From an uncultured Flavobacteriales bacterium (GTDB lineage Bacteria > Bacteroidota > Bacteroidia > Flavobacteriales > BACL11): DNA of 37,610 nucleotides. Each line of letters starts with the position of its first letter. Within the stretch, counting starts at the first letter, position 1. Made by a program: the position numbers and the translations under genes. Below the pieces are notes generated by a model. That model was not told where the DNA came from, made no database searches, and worked only from the letters and a program-made list of their open reading frames with translations. Below, piece by piece: positions 1 to 11,900 of the stretch. The stretch lies in assembly GCA_938073745.1 (NCBI GenBank), contig CALJFR010000061.1:1-37610 (forward strand), given 5' to 3'.

Positions 1-1
1 A

Positions 2-391
2 ATTGTTCCAGTTATAAAAGAATGTCAAAATAAAAATTTAGTTGGAATAACTAAATCAGTTAATGATTTAGCAACTAGAGCTAGAGCTGGAAAGCTTAAT
101 CCGGATGACATTCAAGGTGGAACTATTACAATGACTAATGTTGGTACATTTGGCAACCTAATGGGAACACCAATAATCAATCAACCACAAGTTGCTATAA
201 TGGCTTGTGGAGTAATTAAAAAGAAACCTGTAGTGTTAGAAACAGAGCATGGAGATGTTATAGCAATAAGACACATGATGTTCCTATCGCTTTCCTACGA
301 TCATAGGGTTGTTGATGGTGCATTGGGAGGACAATTTGTAAGAAAAGTTGCTGATTACCTAGAACAGTTTGATACTACAACAATAGTTTAA
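2..391 (+). CDS. 2-oxo acid dehydrogenase E2 (dihydrolipoamide acyltransferase), C-terminal catalytic domain, 5'-truncated by window edge
   Basis: Frame open from base 2 (IVPVIKECQNKNLVGITKSVNDLATRARAGKLNPDDIQGGT) into the listed ORF, with TPIINQPQVAI and catalytic SYDHRVVDG motifs. Confidence 0.93.
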   Translation: MVPVIKECQNKNLVGITKSVNDLATRARAGKLNPDDIQGGTITMTNVGTFGNLMGTPIINQPQVAIMACGVIKKKPVVLETEHGDVIAIRHMMFLSLSYDHRVVDGALGGQFVRKVADYLEQFDTTTIV

Positions 392-397
392 AAAAAT

Positions 398-424
398 AAA
401 ACTCCTTTATTTGAGTTTTTTTTT
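398..424 (+). terminator. Possible weak intrinsic terminator after E2 gene
   Basis: AAAACTC-N8-GAGTTTT hairpin running into a T tract just after the stop at 391; stem is AT-rich. Confidence 0.4.
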
Positions 425-432
425 ATTCAAAT

Positions 433-1218
433 ATGAAATTAAGCCTAAATAAACCAATTGTTTTCTTTGATTTAGAAACTACAGGTGTAAATATTGTAAA
501 CGATAGGATTGTTGAAATATCATTACTGAAAATACATCCAAACGGAAATAAAGAATCTAAAACTTGGTTGGTAAACCCTACTATTAACATACCTCAAGAA
601 ACAATTGATATACATGGAATAACTAACGAAAAAGTTGCAAGTGAGCCTACTTTTGCTGATCTTCATAAAGAAATATTAAGCATTATAGAAAATTGTGATT
701 TAGCAGGATACAATTCAAATAAATTTGACATTCCATTATTAGCAGAAGAATTTATTAGGTGTGGCATTGATTTTTCACTTAAAAATATTAAGACTGTAGA
801 TATACAAAATATCTTTCATAAACTTGAAAAAAGAACGCTTTCTGCAGCATATAAATTCTATTGTCAAAAGGATTTAGAAAATGCACATTCTGCACAAGCT
901 GACACAGAAGCAACATATGAGATATTACTTGCTCAAATTAAAAAATACGATGAACTGGAAAATGATGTTGATTTTCTTTCTGAATTTTCAAGAAGAGGAA
1001 ATGATAATGTAGATATAGCAGGATTCATAAGATTAAATAAAAATAATGAGCCTGTAATAAGCTTTGGAAAATATAGAGACAAAACAATAAGTGAAATTTA
1101 TGATACTAACCCAGGTTACTTTTCATGGATTAACAATGCAGAATTTCCGAGATACACAAAAAAAGTTTTAAAAGAGTTAGTGAATACACATAAACTAAAA
1201 AAAAAATTTGAAAACTAA
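433..1218 (+). CDS. DEDDh 3'-5' exonuclease (DNA polymerase III epsilon-like)
   Basis: ExoI FFDLETTG, ExoII GYNSNKFD, ExoIII HSAQADT; C-terminal FGKY...YFSWI small domain typical of Bacteroidota members. Confidence 0.9.
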   Translation: MKLSLNKPIVFFDLETTGVNIVNDRIVEISLLKIHPNGNKESKTWLVNPTINIPQETIDIHGITNEKVASEPTFADLHKEILSIIENCDLAGYNSNKFDIPLLAEEFIRCGIDFSLKNIKTVDIQNIFHKLEKRTLSAAYKFYCQKDLENAHSAQADTEATYEILLAQIKKYDELENDVDFLSEFSRRGNDNVDIAGFIRLNKNNEPVISFGKYRDKTISEIYDTNPGYFSWINNAEFPRYTKKVLKELVNTHKLKKKFEN

Positions 1219-1220
1219 TT

Positions 1221-1832
1221 ATGAAAATTATTTGTATAGGAAGAAATTATCTAGATCATGCAAAGGAATTAGGTAATAAAATACCAACATCTCCCCTTTT
1301 CTTTTTAAAACCTGACACAGCTATTCAGCCAAAAGGACATCCTTTTTTTATTCCTGATTTTTCAAATAACATACACTTTGAAGTTGAATTGGTTGTAAAA
1401 ATCTCAAAAAATGGTAAAAACATTGATGAAAAATTTGCTCATAAATATTATGATGAAATTGGAATTGGAATAGATTTTACTGCTAGAGACATTCAAGAAG
1501 ATTGTAAAAAAAATGGATTACCGTGGGAAAAAGCTAAAGGTTTTGATGGTTCTGCACAAATAAGCAATGAATTCATAAATAAAAAATCATTGAAATTAGA
1601 AGACATTAATTTCAGCTTGATTCTAAACAATTCCTTAATGCAAAAAGGCAATTCTAAAAATATGATTTTCTCTTTTGACCATATCATCTCATATATTTCA
1701 AAATACTATACATTAAGAGCAGGGGATCTAATTTATACAGGAACACCCTCAGGAGTAGGAAAAGTTGAAATTGGTGACAGTCTTAGTTGTTTTATCAATG
1801 GTAGAGAAATGTTAAAGGTAAATATTAAATAG
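1221..1832 (+). CDS. Fumarylacetoacetate hydrolase family protein
   Basis: KIICIGRNY, FFLKP, HFEVEL, DFTARD, WEKAKGFD, GDLIYTGTPSGVG motifs. Confidence 0.93.
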   Translation: MKIICIGRNYLDHAKELGNKIPTSPLFFLKPDTAIQPKGHPFFIPDFSNNIHFEVELVVKISKNGKNIDEKFAHKYYDEIGIGIDFTARDIQEDCKKNGLPWEKAKGFDGSAQISNEFINKKSLKLEDINFSLILNNSLMQKGNSKNMIFSFDHIISYISKYYTLRAGDLIYTGTPSGVGKVEIGDSLSCFINGREMLKVNIK

Positions 1833-1833
1833 T

Positions 1834-2391
1834 TTATCTACTTGCCCTCATACTATATTGAGGAGAAAAATCACCATTTTTAATATTTTTTAATTTCCCT
1901 TTAATCATTCTTTTCCTTAGTGGAGTTATTTTATCTATAAATAAAACACCTTCAATGTTATCGTATTCATGTAAAATTACTCTAGCATTTAAGCCTGAAA
2001 AACTATCCGTATTCTTTTCAAAATTCTCATCAAAATATTCTAATTTAACTTCAGAAACTCTTTTAACATCTTCACGAACATCTGGAATACTTAAACAACC
2101 TTCATTAAAAGACCAAATATCTCCTGATTTTAGTAAGATTTTAGGATTAATAAATACTTTCTTAATACCGACATGATCCGTATTTTCTTCATCCTCAAAA
2201 GGCTCAGTATCAATTATAAATAAACGCAATGATTTATTAATCTGAGGAGCTGCTAAACCAACACCACTAGCAGCATACATTGTTTCAAACATATTATCTA
2301 TTAAGGAATCTAAATTTTCATAGGACTTATCAATATTAATACATTCTTTTCTTAAAACATCAGAACCAAAAGGTACAATAGGCAAAATCAT
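1834..2391 (-). CDS. def: Peptide deformylase (motif 3 reads HEYDN rather than HEYDH)
   Basis: GVGLAAPQ and EGCLS motifs intact; HEYDNIEGVLFID; start overlaps moxR stop (TAATG). Confidence 0.9.
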   Translation of the reverse strand: MILPIVPFGSDVLRKECINIDKSYENLDSLIDNMFETMYAASGVGLAAPQINKSLRLFIIDTEPFEDEENTDHVGIKKVFINPKILLKSGDIWSFNEGCLSIPDVREDVKRVSEVKLEYFDENFEKNTDSFSGLNARVILHEYDNIEGVLFIDKITPLRKRMIKGKLKNIKNGDFSPQYSMRASR

Positions 2392-3353
2392 TATAATATC
2401 CTATGAATTATATCATCAACACTCATCCCCTTAGACTCGGCTTTATAATTTTTTACAATCCGATGTCTTAATACAGGAATTGCAATAGATTTTACATCTT
2501 CAATGTCAGGAGTATATTTACCATTTAAAAGAGCATGACATTTAGAGGCTAATACAATATATTGAGAAGCTCTAGGACCAGCACCCCATTCAATGTATTC
2601 GTTTACTGTAACGTCCTTATTTTCGATACTAGGTCGAGTTTTATTTACTAAAGAAACGGCATAATGAAGTACATTATCATTAATTGGTACTGAACGAATT
2701 AAATTTTGATATTTGATAATATCCAATGCATCCATAATTTTATTTAAAGAAATCTCATTTTCAGATGTAGTTCTTTTAACAATTTCAATTTCTTCATCAT
2801 ATTTAGGATAATCAAGCTTTATATTAAACATAAATCTATCAAGTTGTGCCTCAGGAAGTGGATATGTTCCTTCTTGTTCGATTGGATTTTGTGTTGCCAA
2901 AACAAAAAAAGGCTTATCAAGTTGATAAGTATTTCCAGAATTAGTAATAGACTTTTCCTGCATAGCTTCTAATAAGGCAGCTTGAGTTTTAGGTGGTGTT
3001 CTATTAATTTCATCTGCTAAAATAATATTTGAAAAAATAGGGCCCTTTAAAAACTTGAAAGATCTGTTATTATCTAATATTTCTGAACCAACAATATCTG
3101 AAGGCATTAAATCTGGTGTAAATTGAATTCTATTAAACTTTAAACCTAAACAATCAGAAATAGTCTGTATTAGCAAGGTTTTAGCAAGACCTGGAACACC
3201 CACTAATAAAGAATGACCGTCACAAAATATGGACATCAAAACTTGATCAACAACATTATCCTGACCAATGATGACCTTACTAATTTCTTCTTTAAACTTT
3301 TTATATGAAGAAATAAAATCTTTAACTAATTCAATATTATTATTTGTTTGCAT
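2391..3353 (-). CDS. MoxR family AAA+ ATPase
   Basis: GVPGLAKT Walker A, RIQFTPDLMPSD, LADEINR, ATQNPIEQEGTYPLPEAQLDRF. Confidence 0.95.
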   Translation of the reverse strand: MQTNNNIELVKDFISSYKKFKEEISKVIIGQDNVVDQVLMSIFCDGHSLLVGVPGLAKTLLIQTISDCLGLKFNRIQFTPDLMPSDIVGSEILDNNRSFKFLKGPIFSNIILADEINRTPPKTQAALLEAMQEKSITNSGNTYQLDKPFFVLATQNPIEQEGTYPLPEAQLDRFMFNIKLDYPKYDEEIEIVKRTTSENEISLNKIMDALDIIKYQNLIRSVPINDNVLHYAVSLVNKTRPSIENKDVTVNEYIEWGAGPRASQYIVLASKCHALLNGKYTPDIEDVKSIAIPVLRHRIVKNYKAESKGMSVDDIIHRIL

Positions 3354-3356
3354 ATA

Positions 3357-4688
3357 TTATTTTATCCATTTATTGTAACAAGAGCAAGAAGAAAAATTTT
3401 CATTAATTTGAATATATGTATCATTAATGTTATCAATAATCCATTTATCGATATATTTTTGTTTCTTATCTGATAATGCATATCCCTTTAACACATCAAA
3501 ATCATTTGTAATATTTGCTTTATGCTCCTGAACTAAATTATTTAATCTTATTAATCTATACGCAGCTTGAGAACCATCATCTGATTTAGTTAGAGAAGGA
3601 GAAGTAATTTCCCCAATATTCATATTTTTAACAATATATTTAATAGAAGGATCAAGTTCATCAAATGTAAAATCAGTTGATCCTGAACTTGGATTAATAA
3701 TTAAACCGCCATTATTTTTACTATTGTCTTCCGAATATTTAACTACTGCATCATCAAATGAAATTAAACCACTATCAATTTCATTCTTTATTAATGAAAT
3801 TTTATCACTAGCATTTTTAATTGATGAAGAGTTAAACTTTGGCTTTATTAAAATATGTCTAGCATTTATTTGCTCTCCTCTTCTTTCTATCATTTGAATT
3901 AGATGGAAACCAAATTTCGTTTCAACCACTTCAGATATTTCATTATCCTTCAACCTAAATGCTGCTCTTTCAAATTCAGGCAGTAATTCACCTCTACTCA
4001 TAAATCCTAATTCACCACCATTATTGGCAGAAACAACATCATCAGAATATAATGTAGCCAAAACTTTAAAGTCTTCACCAGAATATATTCTTTTTCTAAA
4101 ACCATCAAGCTTTTCCTTAATAGACTTTTTCTTTTCAGATGATAATTTTGGTAATATTACCAACTGTGCTAATTCTAATTGAGTTGGAATTAATGGAATA
4201 TCATCATTTTCAAGACTATTTAAATAATCTTTAACTTCATTAGGAGTAATATTAACATTATTAATGATAATATTTTGTTTTTTCTGAGTATATAATTGAT
4301 CAGTAACAACAATTGAAAGCTCTTCTTTCATATTATCGATACTTCTCTTAAAATACTCCTCTACTTTATTTAAAGATCCTAATTGAGATTCAAAAAATGT
4401 AATTCTTTTATTTACTTCTTGATTCACTTCATCTTCATTAATTTCAATAGTACTATCAATTTTTGCATGATGAATAAGTAAATTTTGGTATAGTAATTCA
4501 TCTAAAATATCACATTTAATATTATTTGTTTGAATAATACCTTGACTTAAGATTTGGTTATATTGGTTTTCAATATCAGAAGTTAAAAGTATTTCACTTC
4601 CAATTATTGCTTCAATTTTATCTATTGTTTGTGAAAATAATAAGTTATTAATTAAAACAAATAAAAGTAGAACTAGTAGTTTTTTCAT
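3357..4688 (-). CDS. surA: SurA-like periplasmic chaperone / parvulin peptidyl-prolyl isomerase
   Basis: Signal peptide, IDKIEAIIG SurA N-domain start, parvulin motifs GGELG, EFERAAF, TKFGFHLI, ARHILI. Confidence 0.85.
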   Translation of the reverse strand: MKKLLVLLLFVLINNLLFSQTIDKIEAIIGSEILLTSDIENQYNQILSQGIIQTNNIKCDILDELLYQNLLIHHAKIDSTIEINEDEVNQEVNKRITFFESQLGSLNKVEEYFKRSIDNMKEELSIVVTDQLYTQKKQNIIINNVNITPNEVKDYLNSLENDDIPLIPTQLELAQLVILPKLSSEKKKSIKEKLDGFRKRIYSGEDFKVLATLYSDDVVSANNGGELGFMSRGELLPEFERAAFRLKDNEISEVVETKFGFHLIQMIERRGEQINARHILIKPKFNSSSIKNASDKISLIKNEIDSGLISFDDAVVKYSEDNSKNNGGLIINPSSGSTDFTFDELDPSIKYIVKNMNIGEITSPSLTKSDDGSQAAYRLIRLNNLVQEHKANITNDFDVLKGYALSDKKQKYIDKWIIDNINDTYIQINENFSSCSCYNKWIK

Positions 4689-5507
4689 TTAATAAATTTT
4701 AATATCATTTGATAATTTTGCATCATTTACAATATTTTTTTCTAACATTTTTATATAAGATATTTTATTTTCATTTAGAATTAATGATTTTATTTTATCT
4801 TTTTCAACTGAAAATGGACTAATTGATCCTTTAAATTTAAAATCTTTAATAAACAATAAATATAAAAAATTATCATCCTCTACAATATCATATTTCCTTT
4901 TAGAATAAAAAATTTTTGTTTCAGAAATATTCTTTGGTAATTTTCTTTTAATAGAACTAAAATAGTTCCATGAGGAATCATTAACATAGTATTCTAAAGC
5001 ATACAACATACAATAACTAATCAAATCATCAATTTCATCATCATCATTAGATTTAAAATTATTATAAAGAGATTTTAAATTAGGCGCATTTTTATCAATA
5101 ATCACTAACCTACCTTTAAAGATATCTTGATCTAATTTAAATTTGTCAATATTATTATTGTAGTAATCTAGTATTTCAACTGAAGAAATTGTAGTATCAA
5201 AATTTTGATTAATTAATTCCTTTTGATATTCAAATATCACAAGTGAGTTTTTGAACTTTTGGACTGAAGCATCAATATATTCATCCTCATCTATATTAAT
5301 AAGGGCTTGCTTAAGCATGACTTGATCACTAACCCATTCTTGAATATATTTTTCAATATATAAGCTTGTGTCAATGATGTTTGATGGCAATTCTAAAATA
5401 ACATCATCATAATACAACTTTTTATCGTAGGCAGATGCTAAAATATTTTTATCTACTGAATTCTTGCAAGAAAAAAAGATTAAAAAAGCAAATATTATAT
5501 ACCTCAC
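4689..5507 (-). CDS. PPIase-cluster lipoprotein (foldase-like)
   Basis: Lipobox IFFS-C; lies between two parvulin genes as in the usual Bacteroidota guaB-PPIase cluster. Confidence 0.7.
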   Translation of the reverse strand: MRYIIFAFLIFFSCKNSVDKNILASAYDKKLYYDDVILELPSNIIDTSLYIEKYIQEWVSDQVMLKQALINIDEDEYIDASVQKFKNSLVIFEYQKELINQNFDTTISSVEILDYYNNNIDKFKLDQDIFKGRLVIIDKNAPNLKSLYNNFKSNDDDEIDDLISYCMLYALEYYVNDSSWNYFSSIKRKLPKNISETKIFYSKRKYDIVEDDNFLYLLFIKDFKFKGSISPFSVEKDKIKSLILNENKISYIKMLEKNIVNDAKLSNDIKIY

Positions 5508-5509
5508 TA

Positions 5510-7426
5510 TTATTGTTTAATAAGCGAGTATAATAGGTCTTTATTTAAAGAATAATTATATTTATTTCTTAAATATTTAATCCAATTATTATCTAAATAT
5601 TTTTGATAATCTGAAATCACTTTCCCTCTTACATCATTTAAAGTCATTGTACCAGCAGGTAGAACACTTTTAACATTAACAAGAATGTATGAACCATCAT
5701 TATCCTTAATATCTTTACTTATTCCTTTTTTCCATTCTATCTGATCAATATATTTATTTTCGCCTCTTAAATATTTTTTAGAAACAATTTCAAGATTTAA
5801 AGGACTGTCTTTATTAATTTTAGCTAGAATTTCTTTATTTTCAACATTACCTCTGTTTAACTTATAAAGTAAACTTTTTACTTTTTTGGCTATGTTGATA
5901 TCAATACACTTATAAACAGATGCTTCTACCCTATCATCCCACATGTAATTATTAATATTTGATGAAAAGTATTTGATTAGTCCTAACGAATCATCAACGG
6001 CTTTTTTCCAAACATTTTTATTGGTAAGATCAAACAATAAAATCCCTTCTCTGTATTCATTTAATAAAGTTTTAAATTCAGGATATTTAGATTCTAATTG
6101 TGTTTCTTCATAAGTAAATAATGATTTATCAAAAAAATCTAGATATAACATATCAAAATCATTATTACTTTTTTGATTCTTTAAAATATAATTTGTAAGA
6201 TCATTTTGATAGAAAATCATACCTTCAATTTTAAATAAAGGTTTATCTAATAATTCTGCACTTTTACCATCCCATGTAGTTTTTGAAACATCCTTAACTG
6301 CAACTTTTCTCAGGGAATTAAAATTTTCTTTGTAAACCTTAGTACTATATTGATCTTTTAATTTTTTGGACATAAAATCGCTACTTAATTTATTTCTGGA
6401 ATCACGCTCAATGCCAGTTTTAACCTTTAAGTATAAGTCATCATTTAACTCTACTGGAAAATCTTCAATTAGCATAACAATATGCCATCCAAAATCAGTC
6501 TTAAATGGCTTAGAGAAATCACCAGGATTTGATAAACTAAATGCAATATTTTCAAATTCAGAAACCATTTTTCCAACTCCAAATGGTGGTAAAACTCCAC
6601 CTTTTACTGCAGTTGAACGATCTTCTGAAAAACGCTCCGCAACTTCTGCGAATGAGTCACCATTCTCTAAAAGCTCATAAGTCTTGTTAATCTTATTTTT
6701 TGCTTCATTTAGCTTTTCTTCACTAAAATTTTTACCAATTTTAAACATAATATGAGCAACTTTTCGCTCTCCAACAGCTTTACGTCTTTCATTAACTTTT
6801 ATTAAATGATAACCATATTTCGTTTTAACAGGCTTTGAAATATCACCAATATCCGTTTTGTAAGAAGCAGTTTCAAAATCATAGACCATCATAAAGGCAG
6901 TAAAATAGCCTAAATTTCCCTTATTGTCAACTGCAGACTTATCATCAGAATATTTTAATGCCGCATCTTCAAATGATATTTTTCCATTTAATATTTCTCT
7001 TCTTATATCAGAAATCTTACTAAAAGCTTCATCATTATTTTCATCATTAATATTTATTAGAATATGACTAGCGTTTATGTCAAATTGTATTCTTTCAAGA
7101 GCTTCATCAAATAGTTCTTCATTGAACTCGTCATCACGCAAATATGGTTTTGCTAATTGTTTTCGATATCCTTCAAGCTCAGTCACAAAAGTAGAAACCG
7201 TATCGTAACCTAAATTCTTGGCTTCTTTAACTTTTAGTTTAAAATTTATAAAAAGCTCTATATATTCATCTAAGTAAGCCTTATCTATAATAACATCATC
7301 ATTGTTTTTATTAAAAATATGCTTGAACTCATCAAGTGTAATTTGATCTTCTTCCAGTTGTAATAAAACATCTTGTGAAAAAGAGCTGTAATTAAATACA
7401 AGTAATAATAATATAATTTTTTTCAT
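5510..7426 (-). CDS. Peptidyl-prolyl cis-trans isomerase with two parvulin domains
   Basis: ASHILI...YSDD...GNLG...KTKYGYHLI and VAHIM...FSED...GGVL...KTDFGWHI; signal peptide. Confidence 0.9.
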   Translation of the reverse strand: MKKIILLLLVFNYSSFSQDVLLQLEEDQITLDEFKHIFNKNNDDVIIDKAYLDEYIELFINFKLKVKEAKNLGYDTVSTFVTELEGYRKQLAKPYLRDDEFNEELFDEALERIQFDINASHILININDENNDEAFSKISDIRREILNGKISFEDAALKYSDDKSAVDNKGNLGYFTAFMMVYDFETASYKTDIGDISKPVKTKYGYHLIKVNERRKAVGERKVAHIMFKIGKNFSEEKLNEAKNKINKTYELLENGDSFAEVAERFSEDRSTAVKGGVLPPFGVGKMVSEFENIAFSLSNPGDFSKPFKTDFGWHIVMLIEDFPVELNDDLYLKVKTGIERDSRNKLSSDFMSKKLKDQYSTKVYKENFNSLRKVAVKDVSKTTWDGKSAELLDKPLFKIEGMIFYQNDLTNYILKNQKSNNDFDMLYLDFFDKSLFTYEETQLESKYPEFKTLLNEYREGILLFDLTNKNVWKKAVDDSLGLIKYFSSNINNYMWDDRVEASVYKCIDINIAKKVKSLLYKLNRGNVENKEILAKINKDSPLNLEIVSKKYLRGENKYIDQIEWKKGISKDIKDNDGSYILVNVKSVLPAGTMTLNDVRGKVISDYQKYLDNNWIKYLRNKYNYSLNKDLLYSLIKQ

Positions 7427-7440
7427 TTTTTTAGTTTACT

Positions 7441-8898
7441 TTATCTACTGTAATTTGGAGCTTCTCTTGTAATTGTAACATCATGCGGGTGGCTTTCAAC
7501 TACTCCTGCAGTTGTAACTTTTATAAACTCTGCTTTTTTTAACTTATCTATGTTTTCAGCTCCAGAATAACCCATTCCTGCTTTTAATCCACCTGACATT
7601 TGATGAATAACTTCTGTTAAATACCCTTTATAGGCTACTCTTCCAACAATTCCTTCAGGAACTAATTTTTTTAAATCATCTTCATGATCTTGAAAATATC
7701 TATCTTTTGAGCCTTGTTGCATTGCATCAATAGAACCCATTCCTCTGTATGTTTTATATTTTCTACTTTCAAAAATAATAGTATCTCCAGGAGCCTCTTC
7801 AACTCCAGCAATAATAGATCCTAACATAACAGAACTTGCCCCAGCAACCATTGCTTTAACAATGTCTCCAGAGTAACGAATTCCACCATCTGCAATTAAA
7901 GGAACATCATATTTTTTTGTTATTTCATAAACATCAATGACTGCAGTTAATTGTGGAACACCAACACCAGCCACAACTCTAGTAGTACAAATTGAACCAG
8001 GACCAATACCAACTTTAACAGCATCAGCTCCTGCTTTTATTAATTCTTCAGCAGCACTAGCAGTTGCGATATTCCCAACAACAATATCTATACCTTTAAA
8101 TTTACTTTTCACTTCTTTAAGTATTTTAATAACATTTTTTGAATGTCCATGCGCTGTATCAATAACTATTGCATCGACATCTACTTTTATTAGAGTAGCT
8201 ATTCTAGCTAATACATCTTTTGTAACACCAACAGCAGCAGCAACTCTTAATCTTCCAAATTTATCTTTACATGCATTTGGTCGCATTCTGTTCTTAATTA
8301 TATCTTTGAAAGTTATCAAACCAACTAGACAATTATTCTTATCGACAATTGGTAATTTTTCAATCTTGTTACTTTTTAAGATTTTCTCTGCCTTTTGAAG
8401 ATCATTTATTAATGTAGTTATCAAACCTTCTGATGTCATTACTTTCTTTATACTTAAAGAATGATCATTTTCAAAACGAAGATCTCTATTTGTAACAATA
8501 CCAAGAAGTAAATTATTATCGCCGACAATAGGAATACCTCCAATTTTATTTTCTTTCATTAATTTAAAAGCATCACCAACATTAGAACCGATACTTAAAG
8601 TGATGGGGTCTTGAATCATTCCACTTTCTGATCTTTTAACCTTTCTAACTTCAGATGCTTGTTGTTCTATACTCATATTTTTATGTAGAACGCCAATCCC
8701 ACCTTCTTGGGCAATAGCAATAGCCATCTTAGATTCTGTAACAGTATCCATTGCAGCAGAAACAAGAGGAATATTTAATTTAATATTTTTTGAAAAATAT
8801 GTTTTAGTATTGACATTATTTGGCAATACTTCAGAGTAAGCTGGAACAACAAGAACATCATCATAGGTAAGTCCTTCTTTTAAAATTTTATTGTCCAT
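7441..8898 (-). CDS. guaB: IMP dehydrogenase
   Basis: [20 protein letters not shown] pair, catalytic [16 protein letters not shown]. Confidence 0.98.
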   Translation of the reverse strand: MDNKILKEGLTYDDVLVVPAYSEVLPNNVNTKTYFSKNIKLNIPLVSAAMDTVTESKMAIAIAQEGGIGVLHKNMSIEQQASEVRKVKRSESGMIQDPITLSIGSNVGDAFKLMKENKIGGIPIVGDNNLLLGIVTNRDLRFENDHSLSIKKVMTSEGLITTLINDLQKAEKILKSNKIEKLPIVDKNNCLVGLITFKDIIKNRMRPNACKDKFGRLRVAAAVGVTKDVLARIATLIKVDVDAIVIDTAHGHSKNVIKILKEVKSKFKGIDIVVGNIATASAAEELIKAGADAVKVGIGPGSICTTRVVAGVGVPQLTAVIDVYEITKKYDVPLIADGGIRYSGDIVKAMVAGASSVMLGSIIAGVEEAPGDTIIFESRKYKTYRGMGSIDAMQQGSKDRYFQDHEDDLKKLVPEGIVGRVAYKGYLTEVIHQMSGGLKAGMGYSGAENIDKLKKAEFIKVTTAGVVESHPHDVTITREAPNYSR

Positions 8899-8917
8899 AA
8901 TAATATTTAAAGGTTGG

Positions 8918-8925
8918 CAAAATTA
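8918..8925 (-). promoter_or_regulatory. Bacteroidota -7 promoter box for guaB operon
   Basis: TAATTTTG on minus strand matches TAnnTTTG, 19 nt upstream of ATG. Confidence 0.65.
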
Positions 8926-8985
8926 ACGATTTTGATCAAAAAAAAGTATATCTACATCTAAGAAATTTGCTAAAAAGTCTATTTT

Positions 8986-11900
8986 TTAACGAATAAGTGT
9001 AAAAACCTCAACTTTTTCAGTTAGATCTCCAACTCCATTAAAATATGAAACATGATAAACATAGTTGTCATTTTTAGCATAACTACCTAAATATGTACCA
9101 TCCCATCCCTTTGAAGGATCATTTGTTTTGAATAATAATTCACCTGATCTTGAATAAATTGAAAATTCATATCCAATTTCAGAAACAAAATTAGTTATTG
9201 GTTTAAATATCTCATTGTGAAAATCACCATTAGGACTAAATGAAGAAGGAACAAAAAGAATTGGAGTTTGAGAAACGCATGATATATTAGAATAACTTCC
9301 GTTAGTAACGGATCCATAAGGATTATTATTACCTTCAATTGCTTTTATATAATAACAAAAACGACCATTACCATCACCAAAATCAGTTACTATATCAATA
9401 AATTTCAATTCTTCGTTTGGATTATTAATTCTATCAAAAACATAAATGGGCAATACATCAAAATCTTCTCTATTTACAGATCTGTATAATTGATATTCAA
9501 CAACTCCTCCTAACCAATTTTCATATTCATTAAAAGTGAGTGTGTTGGTATATTGTTCAAAATAGAGAGGATCATTACCATAATCTAAATTAATTTCTGA
9601 ATTTAAAAAAATAGTTTGCCCAAATGAAGTATCTTGATTTACTTGAAATACTGTTGGTGCCTGTAAAATATTTCCGCAAGTATCAACGGGATATACTTGA
9701 TACTGATAATAATAATTTTGTGGAGATGCACTATAATCAATAAATGAAATATTAGAATTGTTAAAGGGAACACTACCAATCTCATTAAAAACAGAATTAT
9801 TTTCTAATGATCTATATACTAAATACTTATTAATTATTGCATCATTATCAATCAAACAGCTTATCTCAACGCTATTATTATCTTGATTTACAGTCACATA
9901 ATCTATATAATTATATTTTGGTTGTCCAGGAAGAGAAATTAAATGATTAATTTGATCAGAAATAGCTACCATCGTAGAATCACCATTATAAGCAGATATA
10001 TAAAAATAATAGTTGTGTCCTTCTAAAATATTATTTATCGTATAATTTAAATTACCAGTAATTCTTACGGAATCTTTTACAGTATTTCCATTAAGATCTG
10101 TTATATCAAGAAAAAGCTTATAATGACTTAAATCATCTTTAAAATTTATATATTCATTCCAGCTAAAGTTAATAGATAAATCACAAATATTAACCTTAGA
10201 TATAATATTCATAGAATTATGCATAACACTTCTTGAACTTGCATTACCACAACTGTCTAATGATCTGACACTAAATGTCTCAAAATTGTTGATGGCATTG
10301 GATGAATTAAAAACATATGATGTGTTATTAAATCCATAAACAGAATCAATAGTTATCCAAGCTCCAAACTCATCAAGTAAATAAATAGCATAAACATCTA
10401 CATCAGTAGAAGTAGATGACCAAGAAATTACAGATTTACCATTTGAATTTACAGAAACATCTTTAATTATTGGTTTATTGGGGCTAATGGTATCTTTTAA
10501 TACAGCACCATTAATTGATGAATTTGAAACACAACCACTAGCATCTGACAAACTAACGTATAATTGTTGAAGAGAATTACAAGTTTGAGCAGGAAAGACA
10601 TAGTTATTACTAATAGTATTTGCAGTATTTTGCCAAACTTGATTTCCATCTAATGCGTTAATGTCAAAAGTATTTGAAGATGTTGGTAAATTTGGTTGAC
10701 GTAGAAAATTCCAATTCATATCTGCTTCAGTATCAGAATTAATTGCAACAACATCCAACAGAATAGATTGTAATGTGTCAGATGGTGCGGATTCATCAGC
10801 ACAAGATGATAATGATGTTAAATAATAAAAATGTGATTCTTGATTTCCATCAACATTAGAATGCATATATGTACTATCAGGAAAATATATACTATCTACA
10901 AATGAAAAAGGACCATTTTTATTAGTTGAATGGTATAGTGAATAAACAGTACTTTGTGGAGCAGAAGCAATATGTTGCCATGAAATTTTAACTTCTCCAC
11001 TCTCTTGAACTGAAATACATCTTATATCAGGAGATATATCAATAGGTAATGGCAACACTGTTACTTTAACTGTAGCAAATTTTATTCCATTAGCAGGACA
11101 GAAATCATCATACACTTTAACTAAAAATGTAAATACATTGGAAGTTTGTCCGCAACCTATATTAGCTGCAATATGATTACATGAAGTTTGCCAACGAAAA
11201 ATTCCAGAAACGGTACCAAAATTACTAAATGGAGCTGGGACACCTGCTGCATTATTGAATGTAGCACAAGGTGGATTTAAACAATTTGATGTAGTAAGAA
11301 AATCATCAGCAAACTGTCCTCCAGAAACTTCCATAACTAATTCTTGAGGGGTTAATCCATTATATAAATCGGCATCTATTCCATCTATAGCAAATTCAAC
11401 TAAAGAACCAGCATAAACAGTTGTATCATAAGAAGGTAAACCTGTAATAGAATCAATAAATGGTTGAGATACTTCAGGAGGGCTATTAGGAATTGGAGAT
11501 GCTGGTAAAGTAGGGCAAGATATTAAAACAACTTGTACTTCTCTATATACTTCAGCTACTAATTGATTACATTTCCACGATTGTACTTTTATACAAGTAA
11601 CAAAGTTTCCAGAAATATTTGCATTATATGAAACCTCACCTGTTGCAGCATCTAGAGTTGGTGCTCCAGGAAGAGGTGATGAAACTGTATAGGGAGCATT
11701 AAAAGTTAGTACAGGAGGATCTACGGGTGGGTTATATGTAGAAAGAAAATCATCTAAAGGCTCACCCCATGAATAAATTAATTCATCTAACTCTTCATCA
11801 AATGCATTGTGACTGTAAGAAAAAGGGAAACCAGTACATAAAATTGTTTTTGGTTGTTCTTTAAATTCAGGAGATGAATCAAAACATGGATCAGCGGGAG

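Noticed and set aside
8930-8941. Palindrome TTTTGATCAAAA upstream of guaB
   Set aside because: Low complexity and likely by chance in an AT-rich genome; no purine riboswitch-like structure seen
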